NCBI GenBank assembly: GCA_963674755.2
Contig: CAXXVS010000003.1
Location: 1,984,001 to 2,048,000 of the forward strand
Reading direction: 5' to 3'
DNA length: 64,000 nucleotides
DNA from: Desulfobacterales bacterium
Lineage (GTDB): Bacteria > Desulfobacterota > Desulfobacteria > Desulfobacterales > UBA5852
The notes under the pieces were generated by a model, which saw only the letters and a list, made by a program, of their open reading frames with translations, was not told where the DNA came from and did no database searches. Below, in pieces: positions 21,434-29,814 of the stretch. Every line of letters starts with the position of its first letter. Position 1 is the stretch's first letter. The translations under genes and the position numbers were made by a program.

Positions 21434-21799
21434 AGATTAATTCCCCGAAGCCGCCCAACCCCACCAAACACCAAAAGGCCAATTGATGAAACTTGTCAGA
21501 TGGTCCTTTGCGGCATCGTGCCCATCCCGTGGTGGTCGATCTCGGTTTCCGGCATGTCCTGATCACCAGTATGCAAAGCAAACCTTTTTCTGAAGCTGCC
21601 CAGCGGGCGTTTCCAACGGCGCGATTAGCAGAAACAGGGAAACCGCCTTGCCAAGCTGAACCAAATCAATTTATAGTCCCCTTTCACGGGAAGGATACCC
21701 GTTTAGACGGCGCTTATCCTTGCCGACAACACACTAGAAGAACCCTCTTCCGGCCGTTTTTTTAGGACCCGGTAGTCTTTAGCCATCGAGGAGTATGAT

Positions 21800-22648
21800 A
21801 TGAAGAAAATCACGCTGTTTCTGTCCGCCCTGCTGATCGTGATCGCTTCCTGGCAGCCATGCCTGGCCGAGACCGATTTGGAAATCCTCAATCGTGTCGA
21901 GCTGGAGGCGACCCCGCTGGATGTGGCCGTATCCGACGACGGCCTGTGGGTCTACGTGCTGACCGACTCCGCCCGTCTCTACATCTATAGCCTGGAAGGC
22001 AAGCTGCAGGGTTCGGTGGCGGTACCGGAAGGCTCCCGGCACATTGCCGTGAGCCCGGTTCAGGACCTTCTCATGATCACCAATTCAGTTGACCGGACGC
22101 TGCAGGCGGTCCGGATCAATCTGGAGCATACCTTTTCCTTGGAAGACTCCCCCACCTTGGGGCCTGCGGACGCGCCGGTGACCATCGTTGAATTTACCGA
22201 TTTCGAGTGCTCGTATTGCGCCCGTCTGGCACCTGTGCTCGAAGAGGTGCACCAGGCCTTTCCCGAAAAGGTTCGGATCGTATTCAAGAACTATCCCCTC
22301 GTGCGCATTCATCGCTTTGCCGTTCAGGCCGCCCTGGCGGCCCTGGCCGCCCAGGACCAGGGCAAGTTCTGGCCCTTCGAAGAGCGGCTTTTCCAGAATT
22401 ACAACCGACTCAATCCCCAGAAGATCGAGGAAATCCGGAAGGAACTCGGACTGGATGCCAAACGCTTCAACGCCCGCATGAACGATCCGGCCCTCAAGGA
22501 CCTCATCCGCCGGGACATGCAGGACGGCAGTGCCGCCGGCGTCAACGGCACCCCCACCGTTTTTATCAACGGCAAGAAGTACCGGGGACAGCGGTCGTTG
22601 GAGGGGTTCCGGGAGGCGATCGAAGCCATTTTGAAAGGAAAAAGTTAG
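21800..22648 (+). CDS. Exported DsbA/thioredoxin-domain protein with N-terminal beta-rich domain
   Basis: Signal peptide, EFTDFECSYC CxxC, GVNGTPT cis-Pro loop. Confidence 0.9.
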   Translation: MKKITLFLSALLIVIASWQPCLAETDLEILNRVELEATPLDVAVSDDGLWVYVLTDSARLYIYSLEGKLQGSVAVPEGSRHIAVSPVQDLLMITNSVDRTLQAVRINLEHTFSLEDSPTLGPADAPVTIVEFTDFECSYCARLAPVLEEVHQAFPEKVRIVFKNYPLVRIHRFAVQAALAALAAQDQGKFWPFEERLFQNYNRLNPQKIEEIRKELGLDAKRFNARMNDPALKDLIRRDMQDGSAAGVNGTPTVFINGKKYRGQRSLEGFREAIEAILKGKS

Positions 22649-22800
22649 CGGTGGTGCAATGCCGCCGTTGCTGATCGGCATACAACGGCCAGACCCTGAC
22701 TTGGAAAAGCGTGGTGTGTCGGATTTCGAACCTGAGGGGCGGAACCCGGCGCTCAGGAACCCTGTACGGCAGATGGTGTCAAGCATCCAGGCCAACAGGA

Positions 22801-22862
22801 TATGAACGACTCCGCCGCAAAGCAGCGGGGAATTAAACCCTGGTCCACCTTTGGCGGATTAA
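22801..22862 (-). repeat. Short palindromic repeat family C (IS200/IS605-end-like), copy 1
   Basis: Reverse complement TTAATCCGCCAAAGGTGGACCAGGGTTTAATTCCCCGCTGCTTTGCGGC aligns with 27910-27957. Confidence 0.65.
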
Positions 22863-22963
22863 GGGGCAAGGCGGTGCTTGCGAGGGGAGAAGCCGGCCGT
22901 CATTCCCTGAGGGATGCCTGATAGGCGACGGATGGCACTGCCCTGCCAGGTGAAGCGGCCGCT

Positions 22964-23662
22964 TTACTTGAAGGCCAGGATCACTTCCGAGGGGAAGAGC
23001 ATTTGCTGGTGATATTCGCGTTGCACAACGGTAAACCCGTTTCGTTCCAGCCGGTCCCTCAAGCGGACCCCCCGGCAGCCGCCCATCGTCCTGGGTGAAA
23101 TCCGGTAGATCCGGTCATAGAGCCTGCTTCCGAAGCGCTCACCTTCCGTCATATTGACCAATACGAGTTTCCCGCCGCGTTTCAAGACGCGTTTGAATTC
23201 CGCAATGATGCTGTCCATATCCTCATATGGAATGAGGTCGAACATATAGTTGTTGACCAGGGTGTCGATGGTTTCATCCCCGATGGCCAACTGGAAAGCC
23301 GAGCCGATTTCCAGGGAATAGTTGGCCGTCGCAAACCGGCCGGCCCGTTTCCTGGCCCGGGCGAGCATGCCTTTTGATAGATCGACGCCGATCGAGGTGC
23401 CCTTAGGATTTCTTTTGAGGATTTCGCCAAAGGCGATGCCCGTCCCCACGGCCACTTCGAGAACGGATTGCCCATCCTGGATATCGGCCAGGGCGATGGC
23501 CCGATCGCGGGCGCGCGTTTCGGTCAGTCTTCCCCAGACATCATAGAGCGGGGCAATCCTGTTATACACAGCGGCGATGTCTTCCTGGCCGACGCGTGCA
23601 TCCTGATACTGTTTGCTGGTGCCGCAGCACGAAAATCCGCAGCAGGTGAATGGAATCCCCAT
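22964..23662 (-). CDS. Class I SAM-dependent methyltransferase
   Basis: VLEVAVGTG motif I, GVDLS, RVLKRGG; AAGGGGAG RBS before ATG 23662. Confidence 0.9.
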   Translation of the reverse strand: MGIPFTCCGFSCCGTSKQYQDARVGQEDIAAVYNRIAPLYDVWGRLTETRARDRAIALADIQDGQSVLEVAVGTGIAFGEILKRNPKGTSIGVDLSKGMLARARKRAGRFATANYSLEIGSAFQLAIGDETIDTLVNNYMFDLIPYEDMDSIIAEFKRVLKRGGKLVLVNMTEGERFGSRLYDRIYRISPRTMGGCRGVRLRDRLERNGFTVVQREYHQQMLFPSEVILAFK

Positions 23663-23813
23663 GGCTTGCTCCCCTTTCGTAATACGCCTTTGGATGACGC
23701 CTATCGCCTCGCGAAGCAAAGGCGCACTCGCTTAAAATGGCGGCCTCCCGGGGTTGGCCCGGTCCGGCATGGACGGTGCCCTGGCCGATTGGGGTCGCTT
23801 AAGGAAGCCGGCC

Positions 23814-25619
23814 TTACCCGGCCGCGGGCAGATCGATATTGAACCGTGTAAATTCGCCCGGCGAGGTCGCCACATCGATTTCCCCGCCGTGGTCCTTCAC
23901 GATGCTGTAGATGATCCACAGGCCCAGGCCGGTGCCTTTTTCAGCCGGTTTGGTCGTAAAAAAGGGCTCGAATATACGTTCCCGCACATCATCGCTGATC
24001 CCTGCCCCCCGGTCCTCGATGATTGTCCGCACAAATGCCTGCCCGGCCCTGTGGATGGTCCGGGCGGTGATGAGAATCTTCTTGTCATCGTCATAGCCGG
24101 GGTATTCCCTGTTCAGCGCATCCCGCGCATTGGTCAGGAGGTTCATGATAACCTGCTGAATCTGTTGTTTGCGGCACAGGATGCGGGGCAGGCCGTCGGG
24201 GATATCCACTTGGATGGCAATCTGATCGTGGCGCATGATGGTCTGAACCAGCGAGAGCATCGAGGCCACGATGTCGTTTATCGTTTCAGTCGTTTTGTCC
24301 GGCGAATCTTCCTTGCGTGCAAAGCCGAGGAGATTCTGTACGATGGTGCGGATGCGTTCCGTCGCAGACTTTATCTCCGAAGCATACGCGATGATCTCTT
24401 CGCCTTCGAAGGCCTCCTCGGCGATCAGCTCGGCGTAGCCGGAGATGCCTGAAATCGGGTTGTTGATTTCATGCGCCACACTGCTGGCGAGCGTACCGAT
24501 CGCTTCGAGCTTCTGGGACTGGCGCAATTGGGCCTCCATCGCCAGCCTTTCACTGATATCGCGGGCGGTACCCTGGATACCGATGGCGCGGTTTTGGCTG
24601 TCGAAGAGGATCTTGCTGAGGATCTCGACGGGCAAAGGCGACCCATCTTTGCGCAAAACCTCGGTTTCGATGGGCGTTCCGGTGTCCCGGATCCCTTGCG
24701 CAATGCCCCGCTCGATGATGTGCAAGAGTTTCGCATACACATCCCTATGGCAATGTTCCTGAAGGGAGGTGCCGATAAACGCTTCGGGCGCGTACCCCAG
24801 CATCGGCACGACGGCCGGATTGACGTAGGTGAATTCGTAATCCATGTTCATCGTCCAGATCATGTCCAGGGTGTTGTCCGCCAACAGACGATAATGCTCT
24901 TCGCTTATCCTGAGCGCTCGCTCTGCTTGCACTTGTCTGGTCATATCGCGCACGATGCTCACCACGCCGCTTTGCCGTCCGGCCGCACCATCCAACGCGA
25001 TGACCGTGTTTTCGGTCTCGATGAGGACGCCGTCTTTGCGTTTCATCCGATAGCGGGTGCGGTAGGCCATGTTTTTTTGGAGCGCCGCTTCGCTGGAACA
25101 GCCAATCGCTTCAAATGAGGCACGATCCACGTGCAGGATCTCGGTACGCCTGCCTGTCAGTTCGGAAGGGGTGTAACCGAACATGGGGGTCACGGCAGAA
25201 TTGCACCTTTGGATGGTACGCGTGGGGAGATCGACAATAAAGACCGCTTCACCCAGGTTGGCCAGGACCGTATCGAACATGTTCTGGGAATGCGCCAGCT
25301 GACTCTGCAGAATGTCACGCTCCGCCCCGCGAAAGGCACGCAGCGCCAGCCAATACACGAGGGCGGTTGTCAGGACGACATAGAGCACGCCCTTGAACGT
25401 CTGCGCCACAAAAGTGGCACTGCGCTCCGCGATCAGCCAGTCCACGGCCTTGTCCGAGAGCAAAATCCAGGCAATGCCGGCCGCGGCATAGATGGCGGCG
25501 ATGCGGATGGCCCGGGCATTTAGAGACGGCCCTTTGGTTGATGATGGAATGTCTTGCGGGGATGCCTTCTGCGTCACGGCTGGTGTCCTTTGTTTTCTCC
25601 GTAAGCTGTCGTAAATCAA
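23814..25619 (-). CDS. Membrane PAS-PAS sensor histidine kinase (no adjacent response regulator)
   Basis: Two TM helices, two PAS/PAC, AHEINNP H-box, NARDA, DRGAG, PFFTTK..GTGLGL; start uncertain. Confidence 0.93.
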   Translation of the reverse strand: MIYDSLRRKQRTPAVTQKASPQDIPSSTKGPSLNARAIRIAAIYAAAGIAWILLSDKAVDWLIAERSATFVAQTFKGVLYVVLTTALVYWLALRAFRGAERDILQSQLAHSQNMFDTVLANLGEAVFIVDLPTRTIQRCNSAVTPMFGYTPSELTGRRTEILHVDRASFEAIGCSSEAALQKNMAYRTRYRMKRKDGVLIETENTVIALDGAAGRQSGVVSIVRDMTRQVQAERALRISEEHYRLLADNTLDMIWTMNMDYEFTYVNPAVVPMLGYAPEAFIGTSLQEHCHRDVYAKLLHIIERGIAQGIRDTGTPIETEVLRKDGSPLPVEILSKILFDSQNRAIGIQGTARDISERLAMEAQLRQSQKLEAIGTLASSVAHEINNPISGISGYAELIAEEAFEGEEIIAYASEIKSATERIRTIVQNLLGFARKEDSPDKTTETINDIVASMLSLVQTIMRHDQIAIQVDIPDGLPRILCRKQQIQQVIMNLLTNARDALNREYPGYDDDKKILITARTIHRAGQAFVRTIIEDRGAGISDDVRERIFEPFFTTKPAEKGTGLGLWIIYSIVKDHGGEIDVATSPGEFTRFNIDLPAAG

Positions 25620-25905
25620 TACCGTATGCGGGAGAGACGGCCCTTGTCTGTCCCGGCCTGTCGGTTATCTCCGACGGTTTACCCCCCACTTCCGGAAGCT
25701 ATCGCCTCCCGCCGGTTTTAAAAACGAATGGCCACCCGGCAGCCAGGACAGCCTATTGTCATCGAATTCAGATCGGTTTTGTACAGGGGTGTGACTCGAA
25801 TAGGGAAAGTTAAAGATATAATCGTCGTTTGTCCAATGGAGGGGGTTGAATCCATTTACACCAGCCGTTTTATCCGGCAGCTGTGTCGTCTTGCCCGACT
25901 CGTCG

Positions 25906-25934
25906 TTGTTCATCCCCACGCCTGTGGGGAACAC
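25906..25934 (-). CRISPR. Single type I-E CRISPR repeat (no spacers)
   Basis: Minus strand GTGTTCCCCACAGGCGTGGGGATGAACAA versus I-E consensus GTGTTCCCC..GGGGAT(A/G)AACCG; last 2 nt degenerate. Confidence 0.85.
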
Positions 25935-26034
25935 TCTTCCTGGAATTCCCTGAAATCCGGAAGGCTTTTTCGTTGAAAATTTTCTACCGGATATTTTGAC
26001 TTTCCGGGATACAGCTTTCAAATTGTCAAAGAGC
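25935..26034 (-). promoter_or_regulatory. Type I-E CRISPR leader
   Basis: AT-rich; minus strand GCTCTTTGACAA...CCGGTAGAAAATTTT...AAGA abutting the repeat, like enterobacterial I-E leaders; lies between the cas2 remnant and the repeat. Confidence 0.75.
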
Positions 26035-26109
26035 TTCATCATTTTCGGTTATTTCGGGTTCAGGCGGTAAAAAAGATACGAGTCGGAGACCGTCACAGTC
26101 AATCGGGAT
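26026..26109 (-). pseudogene. cas2: 3' remnant of type I-E cas2
   Basis: Own translation IPIDCDGLRLVSFLPPEPEITENDEAL*, matching the E. coli Cas2 C-terminus PVDLDGLRLVSFLP; the upstream frame loses similarity and hits a stop. Confidence 0.88.
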
Positions 26110-26231
26110 TGTCTGAGCACCACAAAGATCCCTTTGACCGCATGCTTGTTTGTCAGGCGCTCGCCCATGGCCTTGTATTACTCACCCCGGATGAGATGAT
26201 CCGACAATACCCTGTACGAACCATCTGGTAA
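26109..26231 (+). pseudogene. vapC: 3' remnant of a PIN-domain (VapC) toxin
   Basis: Own translation LSEHHKDPFDRMLVCQALAHGLVLLTPDEMIRQYPVRTIW*, with the HxDPFDRxLxxQA PIN motif; N-terminal part absent. Confidence 0.85.
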
Positions 26232-26602
26232 GCGCATCCTGCCAGCCCTCAATTCAGTAACTCCGGGACGAAGCCTCAGGAGTTGATCCAGCGAAATTCA
26301 TAGTTGCCGGACATGATAGCCGACGGCACTGGAAGATCTTGCAGGAGATTTCGGATCTCTGCGCCAATGTGGCGGCCCTAAGGAATGGGAGCGTTGCGCC
26401 GTATTGCGCTCAAGCGGGAGAAAAACAGCCGTAACAGGACTGATTGTCATTGTACCGGGCGGCGGCCGTCCGATATCCGCGTTTAGGCGGGAGCGCGCGA
26501 GTCTATTGTGGATGACCATGCCGCCCTGAAATGGATCTGAACAATGTGCTGGCTTAAAATAAGTCGCGCTAATCGGTGTGCCGCACCAGGCGGCATCGCC
26601 CC

Positions 26603-26770
26603 TCACGTGCCGTGACAGCAACAGGCCGCATCGTCGACCTGGTCCACATCAAGAACGAAAACCGGATCGGCGGTAAAGACCTGCTCGCAGAATTCACAAA
26701 GGGTGCGCGTGCCTTCGATTTCATCGGGCACTTCGAAAAAGCGGTCGCAATAAGGGCATACCGTTTCCAT
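26603..26770 (-). CDS. 55-aa zinc-ribbon microprotein (absent from the ORF track)
   Basis: GGAGG RBS; METVCPYCDRFFEVPDEIEGTRTLCEFCEQVFTADPVFVLDVDQVDDAACCCHGT*, two CxxC pairs. Confidence 0.75.
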   Translation of the reverse strand: METVCPYCDRFFEVPDEIEGTRTLCEFCEQVFTADPVFVLDVDQVDDAACCCHGT

Positions 26771-27174
26771 GGAGACCTCCAGAAGATGATACCACTACAA
26801 GTTGTTCGGCCGCACAGGCAGCGCTGTGTCACATCTGTTGGTTAAATTGTGCCGGCTTGAAAGAGGGTAACGACAACAGCACTGGCCTGGCGTCCGGTGG
26901 GCGGAATGATAGCGTAACCGGGGGACGACGAGGCCGGCTCTGCGTTTCTATCGCATTGTGCGTTGTCTATGCGCCCGGCGGTCGGTCACGGTTGCCGGCT
27001 TTTGGCTAAGAGGGGGGCCTTGGGGGGGGAATGACAATGCCGTGTCCGATGCCTGTCCGTGACATGACCTATGGCAGATTTGTCGAGCGAATGCAAGGGG
27101 GTGACAGGTTTCCCACAGTCGCTATCGCTATGCTATGTTCGACATGATGTCTTCCGTGCTGCCGCACTTCCTGT

Positions 27175-27317
27175 CAGGCCTTGGATAAATGGCGTCTAAG
27201 GCCGAAATGCAGCGTTGCCGCCCTCGCCAAACGGTACGACAACCCTAACGGTTGATGCGCTTTTCGCATCGGCCGGCGCGTTGCCTTGCGGCCTGATTCT
27301 TGTTTATCCCAGGCCTG
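27175..27317. repeat. Family B long-hairpin repeat, divergent copy 3
   Basis: IR CAGGCCTTGGATAAA / TTTATCCCAGGCCTG, 143 nt, keeps AAATGG..GCGTT..CCTTG landmarks. Confidence 0.55.
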
Positions 27318-27435
27318 CCGGCATCCCGGGGATGGGCCGACCCCGGCAGAACTTGGATTGACAGACCGGAGGTAATTTATTAAGTGATTTCAGCATAAAA
27401 AACAGCCATTCCGATAACGCGACAGAGCCGAGGGC

Positions 27436-27825
27436 ATGATGGATACGACAGAAAAATTACGCACAACGGCCGTCGCCCTGTTTCCGGAAGGGACAGGGGA
27501 GGAAGATTGCCGTGAGATCATGGACCGGCTGGGCACGGATAGGGACCTGGCCGGCTTCCGGACCCTTCTCAGGAGCACGATCCTATCGGACGGCAGCCGG
27601 AGGACCTTTATCAAGTTTACCAAAGTGGTCCCGCTCAACGACCTTGGCACCGGATGGGTGATCAACATCACCGCTAAACTGTTCGACGCCGGCTACGAGG
27701 ATGTGGCCTGGCGGCTCACCCGGCTCAAATCGCCCGCCGAGGACGGGGATGACACGACCGAATCGTTTCCGGCGGAGCTTTTCAAAAAGGCTTTGGCGGA
27801 TGACGACGAGGATCCGGGGGAGTAG
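27436..27825 (+). CDS. Hypothetical protein with acidic C-terminus
   Basis: GAGGG RBS, host-like codon usage, no recognised motif. Confidence 0.65.
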   Translation: MMDTTEKLRTTAVALFPEGTGEEDCREIMDRLGTDRDLAGFRTLLRSTILSDGSRRTFIKFTKVVPLNDLGTGWVINITAKLFDAGYEDVAWRLTRLKSPAEDGDDTTESFPAELFKKALADDDEDPGE

Positions 27826-27909
27826 CACCGGATCCTATCACTCTGGTACGAGCATCGTTACAGGTTATTCCCCGTTCGCCCCGTCCCGGAGCCTATGGCC
27901 TGCCATTGT

Positions 27910-27957
27910 TTCATGCGCCAAAGGCGGGCAGAGATTTGATTCCCCGCCCCTTGCGGC
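27910..27957 (+). repeat. Short palindromic repeat family C, copy 2
   Basis: TTCATGCGCCAAAGGCGGGCAGAGATTTGATTCCCCGCCCCTTGCGGC. Confidence 0.6.
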
Positions 27958-28158
27958 ATTTCATGGTCGCTATCGATACCCCGCTGTTGTGCGGCGGGGC
28001 CGTTCATTATCCGCTCATCCCTGTCACACCCGGTTGCGTCGGCACGGCCCATGCGATCCGATGAACCTTTGCCGCTGCTGCCGGTACCAAACCCTATAAT
28101 GGCTCAACGATCGAACGCGATCCCTATCCACCCCGCTCATTGAATAAGGAGAGCAGTC

Positions 28159-29781
28159 ATGCGGTTTCCGACAACGGTTCTGGTGCTGGCCCTGAGTCTT
28201 TCCCTTTGTTCCGGCATGCTTATGCGCGTAAATGCCGGTGAACCGGCGTCTGTCAGCAGAAGTGACAGCCTGCCGCCGGTCAAGGCGACCCAAGCGACGT
28301 CCCCTGCTATATCAGTCCCGGCGGCGATGGGGTTTTGCTGCGCCAACGGAAAGGTGACGGCCTCCAAGGCGGCGGATTGCGCCGCCCGGAACGGCCGTTT
28401 TTTCACTTCGGCCGTCGCCGCGCAGCAAGCCTGTCAGAAATACGGACAGCCCATGCCGGTGCATCCCACAGGAAAGGTGAACCCCTTGACGAAAAAGCCC
28501 GTTGGCAGCACGCCCAAACCCGTTCCCGGGAAAATCCAACCGATGGCACCCGGCTTGCCGGGAGGTGTCACATCTCAGCCCCCGGCGGCCAACGGTCCTG
28601 ATTTGCGGACCACCGGTTGGCAGTGGTCGGCCTCCCCCAGGGTAGGCGCCCCCATCGGTACGGGGGCTATCCTGACGTTCACGATCACCAACCAGGGAAC
28701 CCAGTCGGCGCCGGCCAACCGGATTGCCATCGGCGTTGAATCGGCACCGGACGGCGCACCGGCCGCCGAGCTTGCGGCCGTATTTGAATGCCCCCCACTG
28801 GCACCGGGGAAGTCCATGTCTTTCGCATGGCCGTCGGCGTCCGGGGACACATGGCAAAAGGGGATCTATCGCTTTTCGTTTGCGATCGACAAAGACAATG
28901 CGATCGCCGAATCGAACGAACTAAACAATCAACGCATCTTTACGGTCGAGCCGAAAGCACTGGCCGTGGTGAACCCGGCGATTCAGGTGCAGGGTGGTGT
29001 ATCCCAGGTGGGCCTTCCCGACCTGGCGATCGTGTCGGCGCCGGACTGGCCGCAAAAAATCGTGCTGGCGGACCTCGGGGAGAAGGTGACCTTTCGGGCC
29101 AAGGTGACCAACACCGGCATAGTGGCCTCTTCGCCCACCACGGTGCGGCTCTCCCGGGTCAATCCCCAGAACAACGCTACCGCTTCGATGGGACAGGTGC
29201 CCCTGCCGTCGCTCGCCGTCGGCGCGAGCGTGGTCGTTCAGATCGAGGGGGCGCTGCCCCCGACCAAAAGAGCAGTGGGGACGCACCACCTGCGCATGGT
29301 GATCGATCCGATGATGGATCTGTTGGAGGTGACGCGGGACAACAATTTTACCGATGTTATCCCGGTGGAGTACATTCTCAAGTCGGACCTGACCCTGTTC
29401 AAGCCGGGCGAGGCCCGGGTTTTCCCGGATCGTATGGTAGCCGTGGATAAACCGGTCAAGATGGTGTTCACGGTGTATAACATGACCCGCGAAAGTTCTT
29501 CGGGGCCGATTACCCTGACCCTGACCTGTCAGGGGCAGCCGGCCGGCGTCGAGAGCTACACTGCGCTCGGGGGCGGCCACGACGGCAGCACCGACGGCTG
29601 CGACGGCCAGGGCCATGGCTGCCATGTCTTCAGCTTCACCCGGACCTGGTCGACTCCCGGGGTAAGACAATGCGAAGTCAGCGTGCGGCACCAGGGAGGT
29701 GCGGAGTACGAAGTCGACCCCGCCAACAATCATGCCGATTTCCGTGTGAATGTGCATCCGGACTGGGCGTCGCCCAATTAG
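28159..29781 (+). CDS. Secreted CARDB-repeat surface protein
   Basis: Signal peptide, PDL...N.G...ESNELNN and EVTRDNN, EVDPANN Ig-like repeats; AGGAG RBS. Confidence 0.8.
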   Translation: MRFPTTVLVLALSLSLCSGMLMRVNAGEPASVSRSDSLPPVKATQATSPAISVPAAMGFCCANGKVTASKAADCAARNGRFFTSAVAAQQACQKYGQPMPVHPTGKVNPLTKKPVGSTPKPVPGKIQPMAPGLPGGVTSQPPAANGPDLRTTGWQWSASPRVGAPIGTGAILTFTITNQGTQSAPANRIAIGVESAPDGAPAAELAAVFECPPLAPGKSMSFAWPSASGDTWQKGIYRFSFAIDKDNAIAESNELNNQRIFTVEPKALAVVNPAIQVQGGVSQVGLPDLAIVSAPDWPQKIVLADLGEKVTFRAKVTNTGIVASSPTTVRLSRVNPQNNATASMGQVPLPSLAVGASVVVQIEGALPPTKRAVGTHHLRMVIDPMMDLLEVTRDNNFTDVIPVEYILKSDLTLFKPGEARVFPDRMVAVDKPVKMVFTVYNMTRESSSGPITLTLTCQGQPAGVESYTALGGGHDGSTDGCDGQGHGCHVFSFTRTWSTPGVRQCEVSVRHQGGAEYEVDPANNHADFRVNVHPDWASPN

Positions 29782-29814
29782 ACGGCGCCCGCTGGCAAAG
29801 GACGGCCTGCGGCC

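Noticed and set aside
25845..25895. Possible second degenerate CRISPR repeat (CGTTTTATCCGGCAGCTGTG)
   Set aside because: Weak match, no hairpin, and not at the 61-nt I-E periodicity.
25665..26042. 125-aa ORF spanning the CRISPR leader and repeat
   Set aside because: It is a translation of leader/repeat DNA (RVFPTGVGMN is the repeat itself).
26570..26605. UGA of the zinc-ribbon ORF followed by a TGCCGC/GCGGCA hairpin, as a possible selenocysteine/SECIS
   Set aside because: The read-through peptide is not protein-like and the UGA is not in a redox motif; a plain stop is simpler.
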